Assembly: GCA_963664395.2 (NCBI GenBank)
Contig: OY761159.2
Coordinates: 4,480,001 to 4,544,000 of the forward strand
Length of the DNA: 64,000 bases
Reading direction: 5' to 3'
From: Candidatus Binatia bacterium
GTDB taxonomy: Bacteria > Desulfobacterota > Binatia > Bin18
Part shown: positions 9,385 to 20,900 of the stretch, one piece after another
Layout of the letters: each line of letters begins with the position of its first letter
How positions within the stretch are numbered: position 1 is the stretch's first letter
Notes under the pieces: model-generated
What the model saw: the letters and a program-made list of their open reading frames with translations, nothing else
Databases searched by the model: none
Told to the model about the DNA's origin: nothing
Program-made: the position numbers and the translations under genes

Positions 9385-10602
9385 CTAGAGGGCTGCGACC
9401 GGCATGCGGTCTTCTTCCTTCAGCGGGTGTGGTGCCCAGCGGTCTTCCCACTCGTTCCACAACTGCTCGCGCAGAAAAGGCAGAACTTCTTTAGCATACA
9501 GTTCCGTATTCTTGCGGGTTTGCTCGCGGCCCAAATTGCCAAAGTGCAGGAGGGAGAAAAGCTGCCCCACATTCATTTCCTTAATGACTTCCACCAGCCG
9601 CTCGCGCACGGTTGCCGGAGAGCCGGCAATGACATAGCCCTGGTCAACAAAATCTTTCCATTTGAGGTCGGCCAACTGCTCAAAACTGAAGGGCGACTTG
9701 AGCGACTTGATCGTCTTGAGCGTCAGATAGCCCGGTGCGGCGGCCCAATAATCGGGAACGTGCAGGCAACGGTGGTAAAAATACGAAGCCGCCTCGGCAT
9801 AGTCTTTTTCCGCTTCTGCGTCTGTCTCAGACACCCCAATGAGTTGCAGATAGCCGGCGCGGTAGGGGTTGCGGTCTCGGCCGGCTCGGTCCACCGCTTC
9901 CCAATAACCCTGCATAATCTGCGTGGCCGGCTCATAGCCGAAATAACTCAGGAAGGCATACATATAGTCATGCTCGGCCACCCAGTCCCAGGTCTCGACG
10001 CTGCCGCCGCCCGGAATCCACACCGGCGGATGCGGCTTTTGAATCGGGCGGGGCCAGATGTTCACATACCGGAGTTGGTTGTACTTGCCGTTAAACACAA
10101 ACGGCTCCGGCTCGGTCCAGGCCTTGATAATCAGATCATGGGCTTCCCGATATTTCTCGCGTAGCGTCATGGGCGTCTGGCCGTACGCAAAATTGGTGTC
10201 CATCGACGTACCGACCGGAAAGCCGCCCACAAAGCGACCGCCGGAAATGCAGTCCAGCATGGCCATTTCTTCGGCAACCCGAATAGGCGGGTTGTACAGC
10301 GCAATCGAATTGCCCAACACAATGAGTGAAGACTTCGATGTCCGGCGCGCTAAAGAGGCAAGAATGAGATTGGGGGAAGGCATCATGCCGTAGGCATTGG
10401 AATGGTGTTCGTTCACACAGATACCATCAAACCCCAGGCTGTCGGCAAATTCCAGTTGGTCCAGATACTCATTATAATATTTATGCCCAAGGGCAGGGTT
10501 GTACAATTTACTGGAAACATCCACCCAGACACTCGGATGTTTTTCCTTAAAGTCTTCGGGCAGGTCTTGATACGGCATGAGATGGAACCAATGGCTTTTC
10601 AC
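9385..10602 (-). CDS. LLM class (luciferase-like) flavin-dependent monooxygenase
   Basis: NEHH, PIRVAEEMAMLD, WPRPIQKPHPPVW; GTG start at 10602 after GAGGAGG RBS. Confidence 0.93.
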   Translation of the reverse strand: MKSHWFHLMPYQDLPEDFKEKHPSVWVDVSSKLYNPALGHKYYNEYLDQLEFADSLGFDGICVNEHHSNAYGMMPSPNLILASLARRTSKSSLIVLGNSIALYNPPIRVAEEMAMLDCISGGRFVGGFPVGTSMDTNFAYGQTPMTLREKYREAHDLIIKAWTEPEPFVFNGKYNQLRYVNIWPRPIQKPHPPVWIPGGGSVETWDWVAEHDYMYAFLSYFGYEPATQIMQGYWEAVDRAGRDRNPYRAGYLQLIGVSETDAEAEKDYAEAASYFYHRCLHVPDYWAAAPGYLTLKTIKSLKSPFSFEQLADLKWKDFVDQGYVIAGSPATVRERLVEVIKEMNVGQLFSLLHFGNLGREQTRKNTELYAKEVLPFLREQLWNEWEDRWAPHPLKEEDRMPVAAL

Positions 10603-10677
10603 GGTAGGGCCTCCTCGTTGGGTGCAACAGACAATATACCTGGCAACATGCCTGGGCGGATATTGCAAAAAGTTGTA

Positions 10678-12030
10678 TCAGCCTGGGATTTTAGCGACAA
10701 GAGGAAGGGGTAAGGGGACGAGGACTGTCCTCGTCCGCAACACCAGCATCAGCACGGCAGAACAGAGGAGGCCGATACCAACGCCGCTAAACCCGAGTTG
10801 ATAGCTTCCGGTCGTGTCGTAGATATAGCCCATCAAGGTTGGACCAACGAAGCCGCTCAAACAGATAATAGTCTGATAGAAGCCGTAAATCACGCCGTGG
10901 GCTTTCAGCCCGAACATGCGCCCGGTCACGAGGGCAGTCAGCGGGGTCGTGCCACCAAAGAAGAGGCCAAAGCACACAACAAAGCCGAGCACGGAAACAC
11001 CGGGGGTAGCCCACAAGAGCAGTGCCATGCCCATTCCACCCAGGGCATAGCAGGCCGCAGCCAGTCGAATCGGATCATAGCGATCACTCGCCCAGCCGAA
11101 ACTCAGCCCGCTGATAACCGCCGAGCCGAGCAGAGTACTCACTAAAAGTGCAGCCTGCTGAGTGGAAAATCCTTGATCCGTAAAGTAGGGATACTGATGA
11201 ATCATGACGGAAAAGAGACAGGTGTAGGCAAGAAAATAGATGCCAACGAGAGCCCAGAAACGGCCAGTCCGTAAAGTCTCGCGGGCGGATATTCCCTGTC
11301 CTATTCCGGCAACGACCGTCGTGGCGCCTGAGGTGTGTCTCGTGTCGCCATCCGGCAGGAGACCCAGGTCCGCGGGTTTATCTCGTATCAGCAAAAACAA
11401 CGCAGGAACCAGAATAACCCACAGCATCCCGCCAAGGAGAAGGAGGGTTGGACGCCAGCCCACACACTCGACAAAAGAGGACGCTAAGGGCGTCATAATC
11501 AGTCCGCCAACAGGCGCACCAATCATGGCTGCGCCCATGGCACGCCCTCGCTTACGAATAAACCAGTGCGAAATGGTGATATTGACCGGCACATGGGCCA
11601 GGGCCGTAAACCCAACTCCCACCCCAAGACGCAGCAGATAGAGTTGCCACAACGCAGTCATATATGACAGCAGCATCAGGCACAGGCCAACCAATACTGC
11701 CGCCGGAATCATGACCGCCCGCGGCCCATACAGACTCACCGCTCGTCCGGCGAATGGAGCAGTGAGAGCAACAGCCAACATAAAGGCCGAAATTCCGCCT
11801 GATACCTGCGCCCGGCTCCAGCCGAACTCTGCGGTCAACGGCTTGAGAAAGACGGGGAAGGAAAGATTGCCAATACCCCCGGCCATCGACATGCTGACAA
11901 AGCATGCCACCACAACCCACCAGCCGTAGAAAAACGCGGACGACCCCTCGCTCGATCCGCCGTCCCTGCCTGCCATGCTGCCACGATAGAGGCCCGGCCG
12001 CCTATCCGTCCAGGGCGGTCGTCTCCTCAA
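10678..12030 (-). CDS. MFS transporter
   Basis: About 12 hydrophobic helices, FFYGWWVV, WFxRKRGRAMG, GWASDRY; true start may be ATG at 11976. Confidence 0.9.
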   Translation of the reverse strand: MRRRPPWTDRRPGLYRGSMAGRDGGSSEGSSAFFYGWWVVVACFVSMSMAGGIGNLSFPVFLKPLTAEFGWSRAQVSGGISAFMLAVALTAPFAGRAVSLYGPRAVMIPAAVLVGLCLMLLSYMTALWQLYLLRLGVGVGFTALAHVPVNITISHWFIRKRGRAMGAAMIGAPVGGLIMTPLASSFVECVGWRPTLLLLGGMLWVILVPALFLLIRDKPADLGLLPDGDTRHTSGATTVVAGIGQGISARETLRTGRFWALVGIYFLAYTCLFSVMIHQYPYFTDQGFSTQQAALLVSTLLGSAVISGLSFGWASDRYDPIRLAAACYALGGMGMALLLWATPGVSVLGFVVCFGLFFGGTTPLTALVTGRMFGLKAHGVIYGFYQTIICLSGFVGPTLMGYIYDTTGSYQLGFSGVGIGLLCSAVLMLVLRTRTVLVPLPLPLVAKIPG

Positions 12031-13184
12031 ATGGCACGAATCTTGGGCAATACCTCTTGAGCAAAGAGTCGCAGGCTCTGCGTCGCGAGTTCATCCGGCA
12101 GCGAGCCAAACTGAAACATAGCAAGCAAGGTTCCGCGTTTGCCCTCTTCGCGTTGACGCCTAATTTGGGCGATCACACTTTCCGGACCGCCCAGAATGAC
12201 CGTCCCATTCTCAATCCCTTCGTCCACGCTATAGCCCATGGCCTTGCCCGTCTCTTTACTGGTGACATTCTTCAGCCAATCGCGCAGGCCGTTTACACTC
12301 ATATGTCCGGGGATAAGCGAGACAGTGCCGATATCAAACGACGCCAGCGCGCGGAAGAAGTGGTACTCTAAATGCGATTCAGCCTCTTGGCGTGCCTTTT
12401 TATCGCTCTCGCCAACGTATAAGGCGCAGATCGAGGCAAACATATCATCAAAATCCTCGGGGACAGTGACGCTTTGCTCTTGAGCCAGCCGATAATACGT
12501 CTCGTGCACAGAGCGCGTACGCTCAATACTGACCCACGGCGTGGCAATATAGGTGCGATTCTTGACCGCAAAATCGAGCGAGTCCAAGCTGTTGGCCGCC
12601 ATCCAGATTTTCGGATAGGGCTGCTGCAAGGGTTTAGGCCAGATATTGTAGTCCCGAACGCGGTAAAACTCGCCATCAAAATCAAACGGCCCCTCACTCG
12701 AAAGCGCTTTCAGGACTAAGGAAAAACCTTCCCGAAACCGAGCCTGAGATTCCGCCGGGTTGACATTGTAGGACAGGTATTCGGTCGGAAAACCACGCAG
12801 CGCCCCCCAAATAAAACGACCATTGCTCAGGTGATCCAGCATTGCGACCTCTTCCGCAATGGCAAGCGGGTGGTGTAACGGAATGCACGTGCCGGTGACA
12901 GCCACCTGAAGATGCTTCGTGCGTTGTGAGACGGCTGCGGCCATGAGGTGAGTCGAGGGCACCATGGCACAAAATCCGCCCCCGCCATGATGCTCCTGAC
13001 AGGTGAAGCCATCCAACCCAAGCTCATCACTGAGTGTGATCCGGTTCAACTCCTGCTCAAGTAAGGCGTTTCCCTGAACAGGATCAAAATACTTATTCGA
13101 AAGGGGATACGATCCAGGCGCACCAACGGGAGCATCGTCAGGCAGGTGCGGCCAGCCAAACAGCACCATATTAAAGACTCTCAT
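12027..13184 (-). CDS. LLM class flavin-dependent monooxygenase
   Basis: QEHH, PLAIAEEVAMLDHLSNGR, WPKPLQQPYP. Confidence 0.93.
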   Translation of the reverse strand: MRVFNMVLFGWPHLPDDAPVGAPGSYPLSNKYFDPVQGNALLEQELNRITLSDELGLDGFTCQEHHGGGGFCAMVPSTHLMAAAVSQRTKHLQVAVTGTCIPLHHPLAIAEEVAMLDHLSNGRFIWGALRGFPTEYLSYNVNPAESQARFREGFSLVLKALSSEGPFDFDGEFYRVRDYNIWPKPLQQPYPKIWMAANSLDSLDFAVKNRTYIATPWVSIERTRSVHETYYRLAQEQSVTVPEDFDDMFASICALYVGESDKKARQEAESHLEYHFFRALASFDIGTVSLIPGHMSVNGLRDWLKNVTSKETGKAMGYSVDEGIENGTVILGGPESVIAQIRRQREEGKRGTLLAMFQFGSLPDELATQSLRLFAQEVLPKIRAI

Positions 13185-13999
13185 GCTCCTCCCCCCTCCT
13201 GTGGCGGAACGAAGGTGTTAATCGCCTGGATAACGGCCTCGCAATCCTCCACATACGGCAGATGTCCGGCCCCCGGAATTGTCACGCTGTAAGCGCGCGG
13301 TAGGGATGAAGTCCACAGAGCGGCGTGTGATGGATCCAGGAGGGGGTCCTGCTCTCCCCAGACGACCAGCGTCGGTGTGGTTAAAAGATGCAGGTAATAG
13401 CGCAGGCTGCGACTGTGGAGGTAGGGGTCAAACACCAGTCGGATGCTCGCGTTGCGGTTGTTGATGAATGCGTCGGTCCAGTTACTCAGGTCGGGAACAT
13501 ACAGTGAGGCCCGCTCCGGAGCTGCACCCGTAAAAAAATACCCCTGCAAGCGCGCCGGGTCTGTATAAAAGAGATTTGGGACCTTGGTCCAATCCTGCAC
13601 TAAGCCGAGCGGGCTAATCAAAACCAGCTTGGCAATCCGCTCCGGTCTGAGCAGAGCGAGCTCAGCCCCTACCCATCCACCCAGGCATGAGCCGACGACA
13701 ATCGGCCGTTCGAGCGACAGCGCATCAAAGAATTGCAGCAGCAACACCGCCAAGTCATGCGGTGTCTTCGCCCACTCTGGCAATGAGGATTGTCCATAGC
13801 CCGGCAGGTCGGGAACAAACACCTGGAAACGTTCGGCTAAGCGCTGGTGGTAGTCCATCCAGCCCGGCTCGCCCCACAACCAGTGGAGCCATACCAGTGG
13901 AGGCCCTTGGCCAGCCTGTTGGTAGCAAAACTGGATGGTGGCCCGCGCCGCGTCATCTCCACGCAACTCAAGCGTTTCCTGTTGCGGAGTAATGTCCAC
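13181..13999 (-). CDS. Alpha/beta fold hydrolase (Cys at nucleophile elbow)
   Basis: PDLPGYGQS, GSCLGG in place of GxSxG, PTLVVWGEQD, GAGH. Confidence 0.88.
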   Translation of the reverse strand: MDITPQQETLELRGDDAARATIQFCYQQAGQGPPLVWLHWLWGEPGWMDYHQRLAERFQVFVPDLPGYGQSSLPEWAKTPHDLAVLLLQFFDALSLERPIVVGSCLGGWVGAELALLRPERIAKLVLISPLGLVQDWTKVPNLFYTDPARLQGYFFTGAAPERASLYVPDLSNWTDAFINNRNASIRLVFDPYLHSRSLRYYLHLLTTPTLVVWGEQDPLLDPSHAALWTSSLPRAYSVTIPGAGHLPYVEDCEAVIQAINTFVPPQEGGGA

Positions 14000-14060
14000 A
14001 GATTCCCTCTTTTGCTATTAGGGTTAGCACAAGCTAGGCAATTCTACAGCCTGTAATGAT

Positions 14061-14121
14061 AGCAGACATCCTTTCTTCGAGAGCACACGGCTGGCGATCT
14101 CCCGATTAATGGCCGACACCT
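14061..14121 (-). repeat. Degenerate third copy of the NUDIX 3' coding region
   Basis: 52/61 identical by manual alignment to 17881-17941; reads VSAINREIASRVLSKKGCLL versus VPAINREIASRVLSQEKCLL in the NUDIX gene. Confidence 0.85.
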
Positions 14122-14143
14122 ATCAGTTCTCCCTACCCCGTGG

Positions 14144-17100
14144 TTACGGTCCCGCGCCATCAGGATCATGCGAGACAATGACAAAGTTCTGGCTGTTCTG
14201 CTGCCACTCCAGCGTCACCGTCTCGCCTGTCGTGGGGAAGTCCGGCACCATACATTCTCCCACGGCCCCCCGTAGAAACTCCGTCCCCAGGGTCGTCACC
14301 GTCACGGTTGCGCGGCCTAACTCTTCGTCGTCAACGTAGGCCACGACTTCGTGCACCCCGTCGTCCAGCCGGTTCCAGTTGAACAACAACCCAAACCCGT
14401 TGTTCGTGTCCCCACAAGCATCTTGGGTATCCAGCCGCTCCGTCCCATACGCCGCCACGTAGCGCGCGACCTCTCCGCCCTCGGTCGTGATCTCGATCTC
14501 CACCTCGTCCCCCTCGCACACCCAGCCCGACAGCACCCCAATCCCGCTCTGGAATGAGTCCGCCCCCGGGTTCTCCAGATAGCCCCGGGGCGCCGCAGAC
14601 GGCGTGCTGCTCCCGCCGCGCCTAGGGGGCGGGCTCCTCCGCGCCGCCCGCGTCACCCTGACGTTATCGTCCCGGCACAAGTCCAGGGGGTTGGTGATGA
14701 ACCTGTCGTAGAGGACCGGCGGCAGGGTGAGCTCGGTGAGGGGGTTATTGCACAGATCCAGGAACGTCAGCGCGGTGAGTGGGTCGAAAATACCCGCCGG
14801 CAGGCTGCTCAGGGCGTTCCTCTCCAGTATCAAAGCGTTCAGCTTGGTGAGCCCGGCGAAGTCGCCCGGCTTGAGGCTGCTGATGTTCTGTGAAGTCAAA
14901 TCCCACGTCGATCTATCGAGGCTCGTCAGATGCGCCGGCGTCACGTCGGCGCACGTGGTGACGGAGGCATCCGCCTCCATGACCTCCTCCACGATGGCGT
15001 CGCGCACTTGTGCCGTGCGGGCGCATATGCCCCCCGACAACGTCGTGGCCTGGTCGGTATCCGAGGGGTCGCCGGGGCCGAGTACGTTGCGTGCCGAGAC
15101 GCGGTAGTGGCGGGTGTCGCCGGGGTCGAGGCCGGTGTGTGCGTAGGTGGTGTCCGTGTTGCCGGTGTTGGCCTCGAGGTCGGTCCAGCTGCCGTTGCTC
15201 CCGTCAGTGGACACCTCGATGCGATAGCCGGTGATGGGATTGTTGCCGGTGTTGGCCGGAGCGGTCCAATCGAGGTTGATCTGGTTCGGTCCGTTGGCCG
15301 TCGCGGTGAGGCCGGTCGGCGCGCCGGGGACGGTGACGGTTGGTGCCTCCCGGGTCACCGTGACGGTATAGGTCTTCACCGCGCCGCCGGTCTCGGCCGT
15401 GACCTTCACCTTGATGGTGTTCGGGCCGACGACGAGCGTCATGTCGAGCGGGTTCGTGTCCGTGTTCGTGTCCGTGTCGAATTCCGGGTCCAGGATGCCG
15501 GCGCTCACCGTGAGATCTCTCAGCGTCGCGAGGGTCCGGGGGTCGATGACCGACACCGTGACGGTGTCGGTGCCGGTCGCTCCAAGGGCCGCCCCGTGAC
15601 CGTCAGCGTGAACGCCAGGTCGCCTGCGGTCGAGGGGGCGGTGAAACTCGGGCGCGCGGTGTCGGCGCCGGTGAGCGTGACCGTCGCGCCGCTCGCCTGC
15701 CTCCACGCATAGATCACGTTCGTGCCCCACGGGCTGCTGCTGCTGCCGGCGAGCGCCACCGCGGCACCCGTCGCCACCCTTTGGGTCTCGCCCGCCTCCG
15801 CCGTTGGCGCGAAGGGCTCGGGGTTGGAGTTCTTCTGCAGGGTCAACGTCGTCAGCGTCGTGAGATCCTGGAAGACGTTCGCCCGCAGGCTGCTCAGGGC
15901 GTTGTTATTCAGGCACAACGTGTCCAGCGTGGTGAGCCCGTCAAAAATTCCCGCCGGCAGGCTGCTCAGGGCGTTGTATGACAGATTCAGGTCGTCCAGC
16001 GCGGTGAGCCCGGTGAACAGGCCCGCCGGCAGGCCTCTCAGGGTCAGGGCGTTGTTTTGCAGAGTCAGGCGCTCCAGCTCGGTGAGCCCGGCGAAGATAT
16101 TCGCCGGCAGGCTGCTCAGGGCGTTGTATGACAGATTCAGGTCGTCCAGCGCGGTGAGCCCGGTGAACAGGCCCGCCGGCAGGCCTCTCAGGGCGTTGTT
16201 TCGCAGAGTCAGCTGGTTCAGCGCAGTGAGCCCGGCGAAGTCGCCCGACTGGAGGCGGCTGATGCTCTGGTTACGCAAATTCAGGATCTCGAGGTCCGCC
16301 AGATGCGTCGCCGTCACGTTAGCGCACGTGGTGGCCGCCGTGGCTGCCACGATGGCGTCGCGCACTTGTTCCGTGCGGGCGCATATGCCGCCCGTCCGCG
16401 CCGGGTACAGCTTGCTCGTCCGCGCCTCGTCGAAGCCCGTATTGTCCTGGAACGCGACCCTGACCTTGAAATGCTTGCCCACGTCGGCGGCGACCAGGGT
16501 GTGGGTGCTGCTCGTCGCTCCGCTGATCTCGGTCTCGACCGCCATGTCGTCGACCCGTATCCACTGGTAGCTGTAGCTGACGCCGGCGAGCCCGTCGGCA
16601 TCGGAGATCCCCGTCGTCACGGCGGTCAGCGTATCCCCGACCATAGTGGCCGTGCCGGTGATGGTGGGCAGGCCCGTGGCCGGGATGTTCTTCGGGGTCG
16701 CGTTGACCGCGATTCGATACATGGAGCCAGTGCTTTGCCATGAGCGTTGAGAGGGTATGGGTGCGTACCGGTACGAGTACGAGTCGTCGTGAATCTCCCA
16801 CCCGGCCGCCGCGCCGGTGTCTTCGTCTGTCTCAGTGGTGGTGCCGATATTTACGCCTCTCCTATTAACGCCAATAATCGACCGACTCTTTATATCGATG
16901 GTCACGAAATACGCCGTGTTCGGCGTAAGATCGATCATCGTGCCGGTCGGAAGGGTGAAGGTCGCGGTTCCGGCGTGGGTTCTAGTGAAGAGCGGGTTGA
17001 CGAATGTCACCCAGTCGGTGCTGCTTGGGCGGTCCACGCTGCCCGTTTCCCTCGTCCGCAGACTGACCCTCAGGTCGGTGATGGTGGTGGGATCTCCGAA

Positions 17101-17403
17101 GCTGTCCATGTGGAGCTGCACGCTGGTCAGACTGTAGCCCGCCCGCTGCGGGCCGATTTGAAACCCTTGGGCACTGGCGAACGAACCTCTCTGTCGGAGC
17201 GTCGTCGTCCCCTGCCCCAGGTTGCTCACCAGGGTGGCAGCCTGCGCCGGGGCGGGCAGCGCCACGAGCAGCAGACCGAGCAGTATCCAGCCCGCCCGCA
17301 CCCCCCACAGGTGCTGACGGATGGGCGGCAATGTGCGGGAAAGTTGCGGTTCCCTAGCCCCGTGCCGTCCCGGCCACGAGCCGCCGGTCCAGAGATATAC
17401 CAT
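14144..17403 (-). pseudogene. Large exported LRR / cadherin-like / fibronectin type III protein with C-terminal GYLENPG module; split by one frameshift near 15592
   Basis: ORF 15520..17403 (signal peptide ending PAQA, LVSNLGQ domain resembling choice-of-anchor R, 24-aa LRRs, PKD-like) continues in ORF 14144..15730 (cadherin-like, FN3 PGAPTGLTATA, LRRs, GYLENPG module); adding one G to the G4 run at 15592-15595 joins them as LTVTGAALGATGTDT. Confidence 0.8.
15952..16193. repeat. Near-perfect ~92-bp internal duplication (150-bp period) within the LRR array
   Basis: CGCCGGCAGGCTGCTCAGGGCGTTGTATGACAGATTCAGG...GGCCTCTCAGGG repeated at ~15952-16043 and ~16102-16193. Confidence 0.9.
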
Positions 17404-17822
17404 TCATTCTCCTCCGCTCTTTTTCTTGTACATGCTGTCTGTTTCCCTGCGGGCTTCCATTGCCATACAACATTCCGCCGCCCTTGTCCCTACCAAAATT
17501 AAGGGAGTGACAGAAAAAATACGGAAAAAATGCGGGCGGACCGAACATACCTGGCCGGCCCCTCCTGGCTACGGGGAGAGGCCCCCTCGGCGGGCGGCGG
17601 AGCGGTGTGTTGTTTGCTCTATGCGGCAGGCGACCCGACACAGCGGCAGCCCGGGCAGAGCCTTTACAGGCAGACAGGGGGGGAGAAAGCAAAGGGCCGG
17701 GGTCGTTTGGGAGCGGACAACTCACAATGCCATGTAGCGGAATGGTCCCGTCCATTCCGGCGCAAGAACGTCACCCCTGTGAAAACGTGATCCGGCATGA
17801 CTACGGCTTATCGGGAAACGCT

Positions 17823-17947
17823 CTAACCGACAAAGAGCGTATAGGGTTTACCGTTCAGGTGGATGAGCTCTTGCGGCTCCAGCAGACGTTTTTCCTGAGA
17901 GAGCACCCGGCTGGCGATCTCCCGGTTAATGGCCGGCACCTGCTCCA
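17823..17947 (-). repeat. Displaced second copy of the NUDIX 3' end (last ~41 codons plus stop)
   Basis: 111/125 identical by manual alignment to 21072-21196; encodes LEQVPAINREIASRVLSQEKRLLEPQELIHLNGKPYTLFVG*. Confidence 0.95.
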
Positions 17948-17985
17948 GGAGTACGCTCCTCCTGCCCGCCCAAGCCCTACGGCGG

Positions 17986-20900
17986 TTACGGCCCCATCTC
18001 CTCCGGGCCATGCGAGACAATGACAAAATTCTGACTGTTCTGCTGCCACTCCAGCGTCACCGTCTCCCCAGGCATCGGAAAATCGTCTACCACACATTTC
18101 CCCTCGGCCCCCCGCAGAAACTCCTCCTCTTCCCCCTCCCCCACGGTCGTCACCCGTACCGTCGCCCGGCCCAATTCCATATCGTCTACATAGGCCACCA
18201 CCGTATGCTCCCCATCGCCCAAGCGGTTCCAGTTGAACAGCAATCCAAAGCCGTTGTCCGTGTCGCCACACACCGCTTGGGTGTCCAAGCGCTCCGTCCC
18301 ATACGCCGCCACCTGCCGCTCAACCTCTCCCCTCTCGGTCTCGATCTCTATCTCCACCTCCTCGGCTGCACACACCCAGCCCGAGAGCACCCCAATCCCA
18401 CTCTGAAACGAATTCGGCCCCGGGTTCTCCAGATACCCTATGTCGGCTGCCCCGGTCCGGTTGTTGCCGGTCCGGTTGTTGCCGGTCGGCGCAGCTCCGT
18501 CCGTGAGCACGAAGTTCTGACGCGGCTGTTGCCACCTCAGCGTCACCTGCTCCCCAGACATCGGGAAGTCTTCAACCACGCATTCCCCCGCCACATCCCG
18601 CAGAAACGCCTCGCCCAGCGTCGTCACCGTTACCGTGGCCCGGCCCACCTCCACGCCATCCACCACGGCCACCACAGTATGCGTCCCATCGCCCAGCAGA
18701 TTCCAGTTGAACAACAGCCCAAAGCCGTTGTCCGTGTCCCCACAGATATTTTCCGTATCCCCCCGCTCCGTCCTGTAGGCCGCCGGCTGCGAACTGCCGT
18801 TGATCGCTATCTCCACCTCCTCCGCCTCGCACACCCAGCCCGACAGCACCCCAATGCCGCTCTGGAAAGAGTCCGGCCCCGGATTCTCCAGATACCCGAC
18901 CACCAGGGCCGTCGCTAAGGTATACGCTCCGGTCCGGCTCCCATTGCCTTCGACGGCGACCAGGACCGGCCCCGCGGCTACGCGCACGCTCAGCCAAAAG
19001 TTCCGCCGCTCCCCGCCACTGGCCGCCCTCGCCACCTCCTCGCCGTCTTGCCAGACTGTACCTACGGTATCGGTCGATCCGCTCGTCTCCACCACCAATA
19101 CCCCGGCCTGGGGCAGGGTAATCTCGAAGTAATCGATATCGTCCGCCGTGTTGATCTGCCCAGCCGTGGACGACGCCCAGGGGGCAGACTCGCCGAGCAG
19201 GACCGTCGTCGCTTGCGCGGGCGTGTCGCCATGCCGGTCGCGACTGCCGCCGCCGCCCCCTCCTCCACCGGACGGTGGCGGCGGGGGCGGCGGTGGCGGC
19301 GGGGGCGGTGGCGGTGGGGGCGGTGGGCGAACGGGAACGATCTTGAGTATCTTGTCCTGGCCATTACCGTTCGAGGTGGAGACATACAGCGCACCGGCAG
19401 GGCCGAGCATGGGCGTCCGCAGCCGACCGTGCGTATTGTCGAGTTCAGGCACGACCACTTGACTCACGAAGGTGCCATCATCAGTGAACTCGAAGACACG
19501 CAGCGACTTATTCTCGAGCGTGGCCACTGCCAGTCGTCCCTCCCACTCGCCCCAGCCGTTCCCCTCCAGAAAGATGCCGCCACCGGTGGCCAGGGTCGGG
19601 TCCCCCGACGACCACTTGGCCGCAATGGCGTTGGGGAACTTCACGAGGTCGGTCATGGGGACGCTTTCGTTGTATCCGGGCACGGGGTCCCAGCCATAGT
19701 TGCTACCGGCGACCAGCAGGTTGATCTCGTCATCAATTGTCGGGCCGTGCTCTACCGACCACATCTGGCGCGTGCCGGGTCGCAGCGCCAAACCCTGTAC
19801 GTTCCGGTGGCCATAGGTGTAAATCAGCGGTGAAGAAGCGAACGGGTTCCCCGGCGCCCCGGCACCCGTCGATGCGTCCACCCGCAGAACCTTTCCGCCG
19901 AGCGAATTCAGATTCTGCGGGGTCGTCCCGACTGCTGCGTCACCGGTTGCGATCCACAGATAGCCGTCTGGGCCGAAACGCAATCGGCAGCCGCCGTGCC
20001 GGCCAGAAGTAGCAGAGGCGGGGATGCCGCCAACGAGAGGATCGACGCTTCGGGTGGCCGCAGTGTATGCGGCGTTAAGGGTCCAGGCAATCACCTGCAC
20101 TTCCGGCCCGGTGTGGGCCTGACAGGTGTAGAAGCGTCGGTTAGAGGCGAAATCCGGATCGACGATAATCGCCATCAACCCAGATTCTCCCAAGACGAAC
20201 AGGTCACTGAAGTCGGCGGTGACGGTCTGGACCGTGCCGTCGGTGAGTCGGCCACTCAACTTGCCTCCCCGCTCGGTGAACAGCATCGTCCCGTCGGGCG
20301 TAAAGGCGAGATCCCAGGGAATGTTGAGGCCGGAGACGAGCGTCGTGACCGTGATCTCCGGCGCTACCGCCTGGAGCGTGAAGGTCAGCGTCGCGACCGG
20401 CTCGTTCGAGAACTTTCCTATCCCCTTGATGCTGGTGATCGTACCTTGCGGCGAGGTGGCGGTGTTGTTCAGCGAGAACTCCGTGCCCTCCTCCGTCCCC
20501 GCGTCGTACGGAAACAGCTCTACCGTCTTTGATGCCAGCCAGTCTCCCTGCGCGTCGAGCAGGGACAGTCCGGAGACGCCGGCAAACCAGTCCGGGCTCG
20601 GGGCAATCATCGTAACCAGGGTCACTCGGGGATAAGTGGCAGTGACCGTAAAGTCGACCGTGGCAGCCACAGTCCCCCCGGATGGGATGGATTGCTCAAT
20701 GACGGCGCCCGCATTGGAACCAGCGGCGGTGATCTCGGCCTTGAGGGCACTCGTGCCCCCCACTTCTGCCATGCTCTCGATCCCGGCACTGGCCGTGCCG
20801 CCACTACTCCAGAAGATGACCTGGTCGTTGTGGACGGCACCGACCAACGGCGAGAAATGCGCCCCGGAGGGCACCCCGTAGGGGGTCGCAGTGGTGGTCC

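Noticed and set aside
17823-18026. 67-aa ORF as an independent gene
   Set aside because: It is a chance fusion of off-frame sequence to the displaced NUDIX 3' end, with no Nudix box and no RBS.
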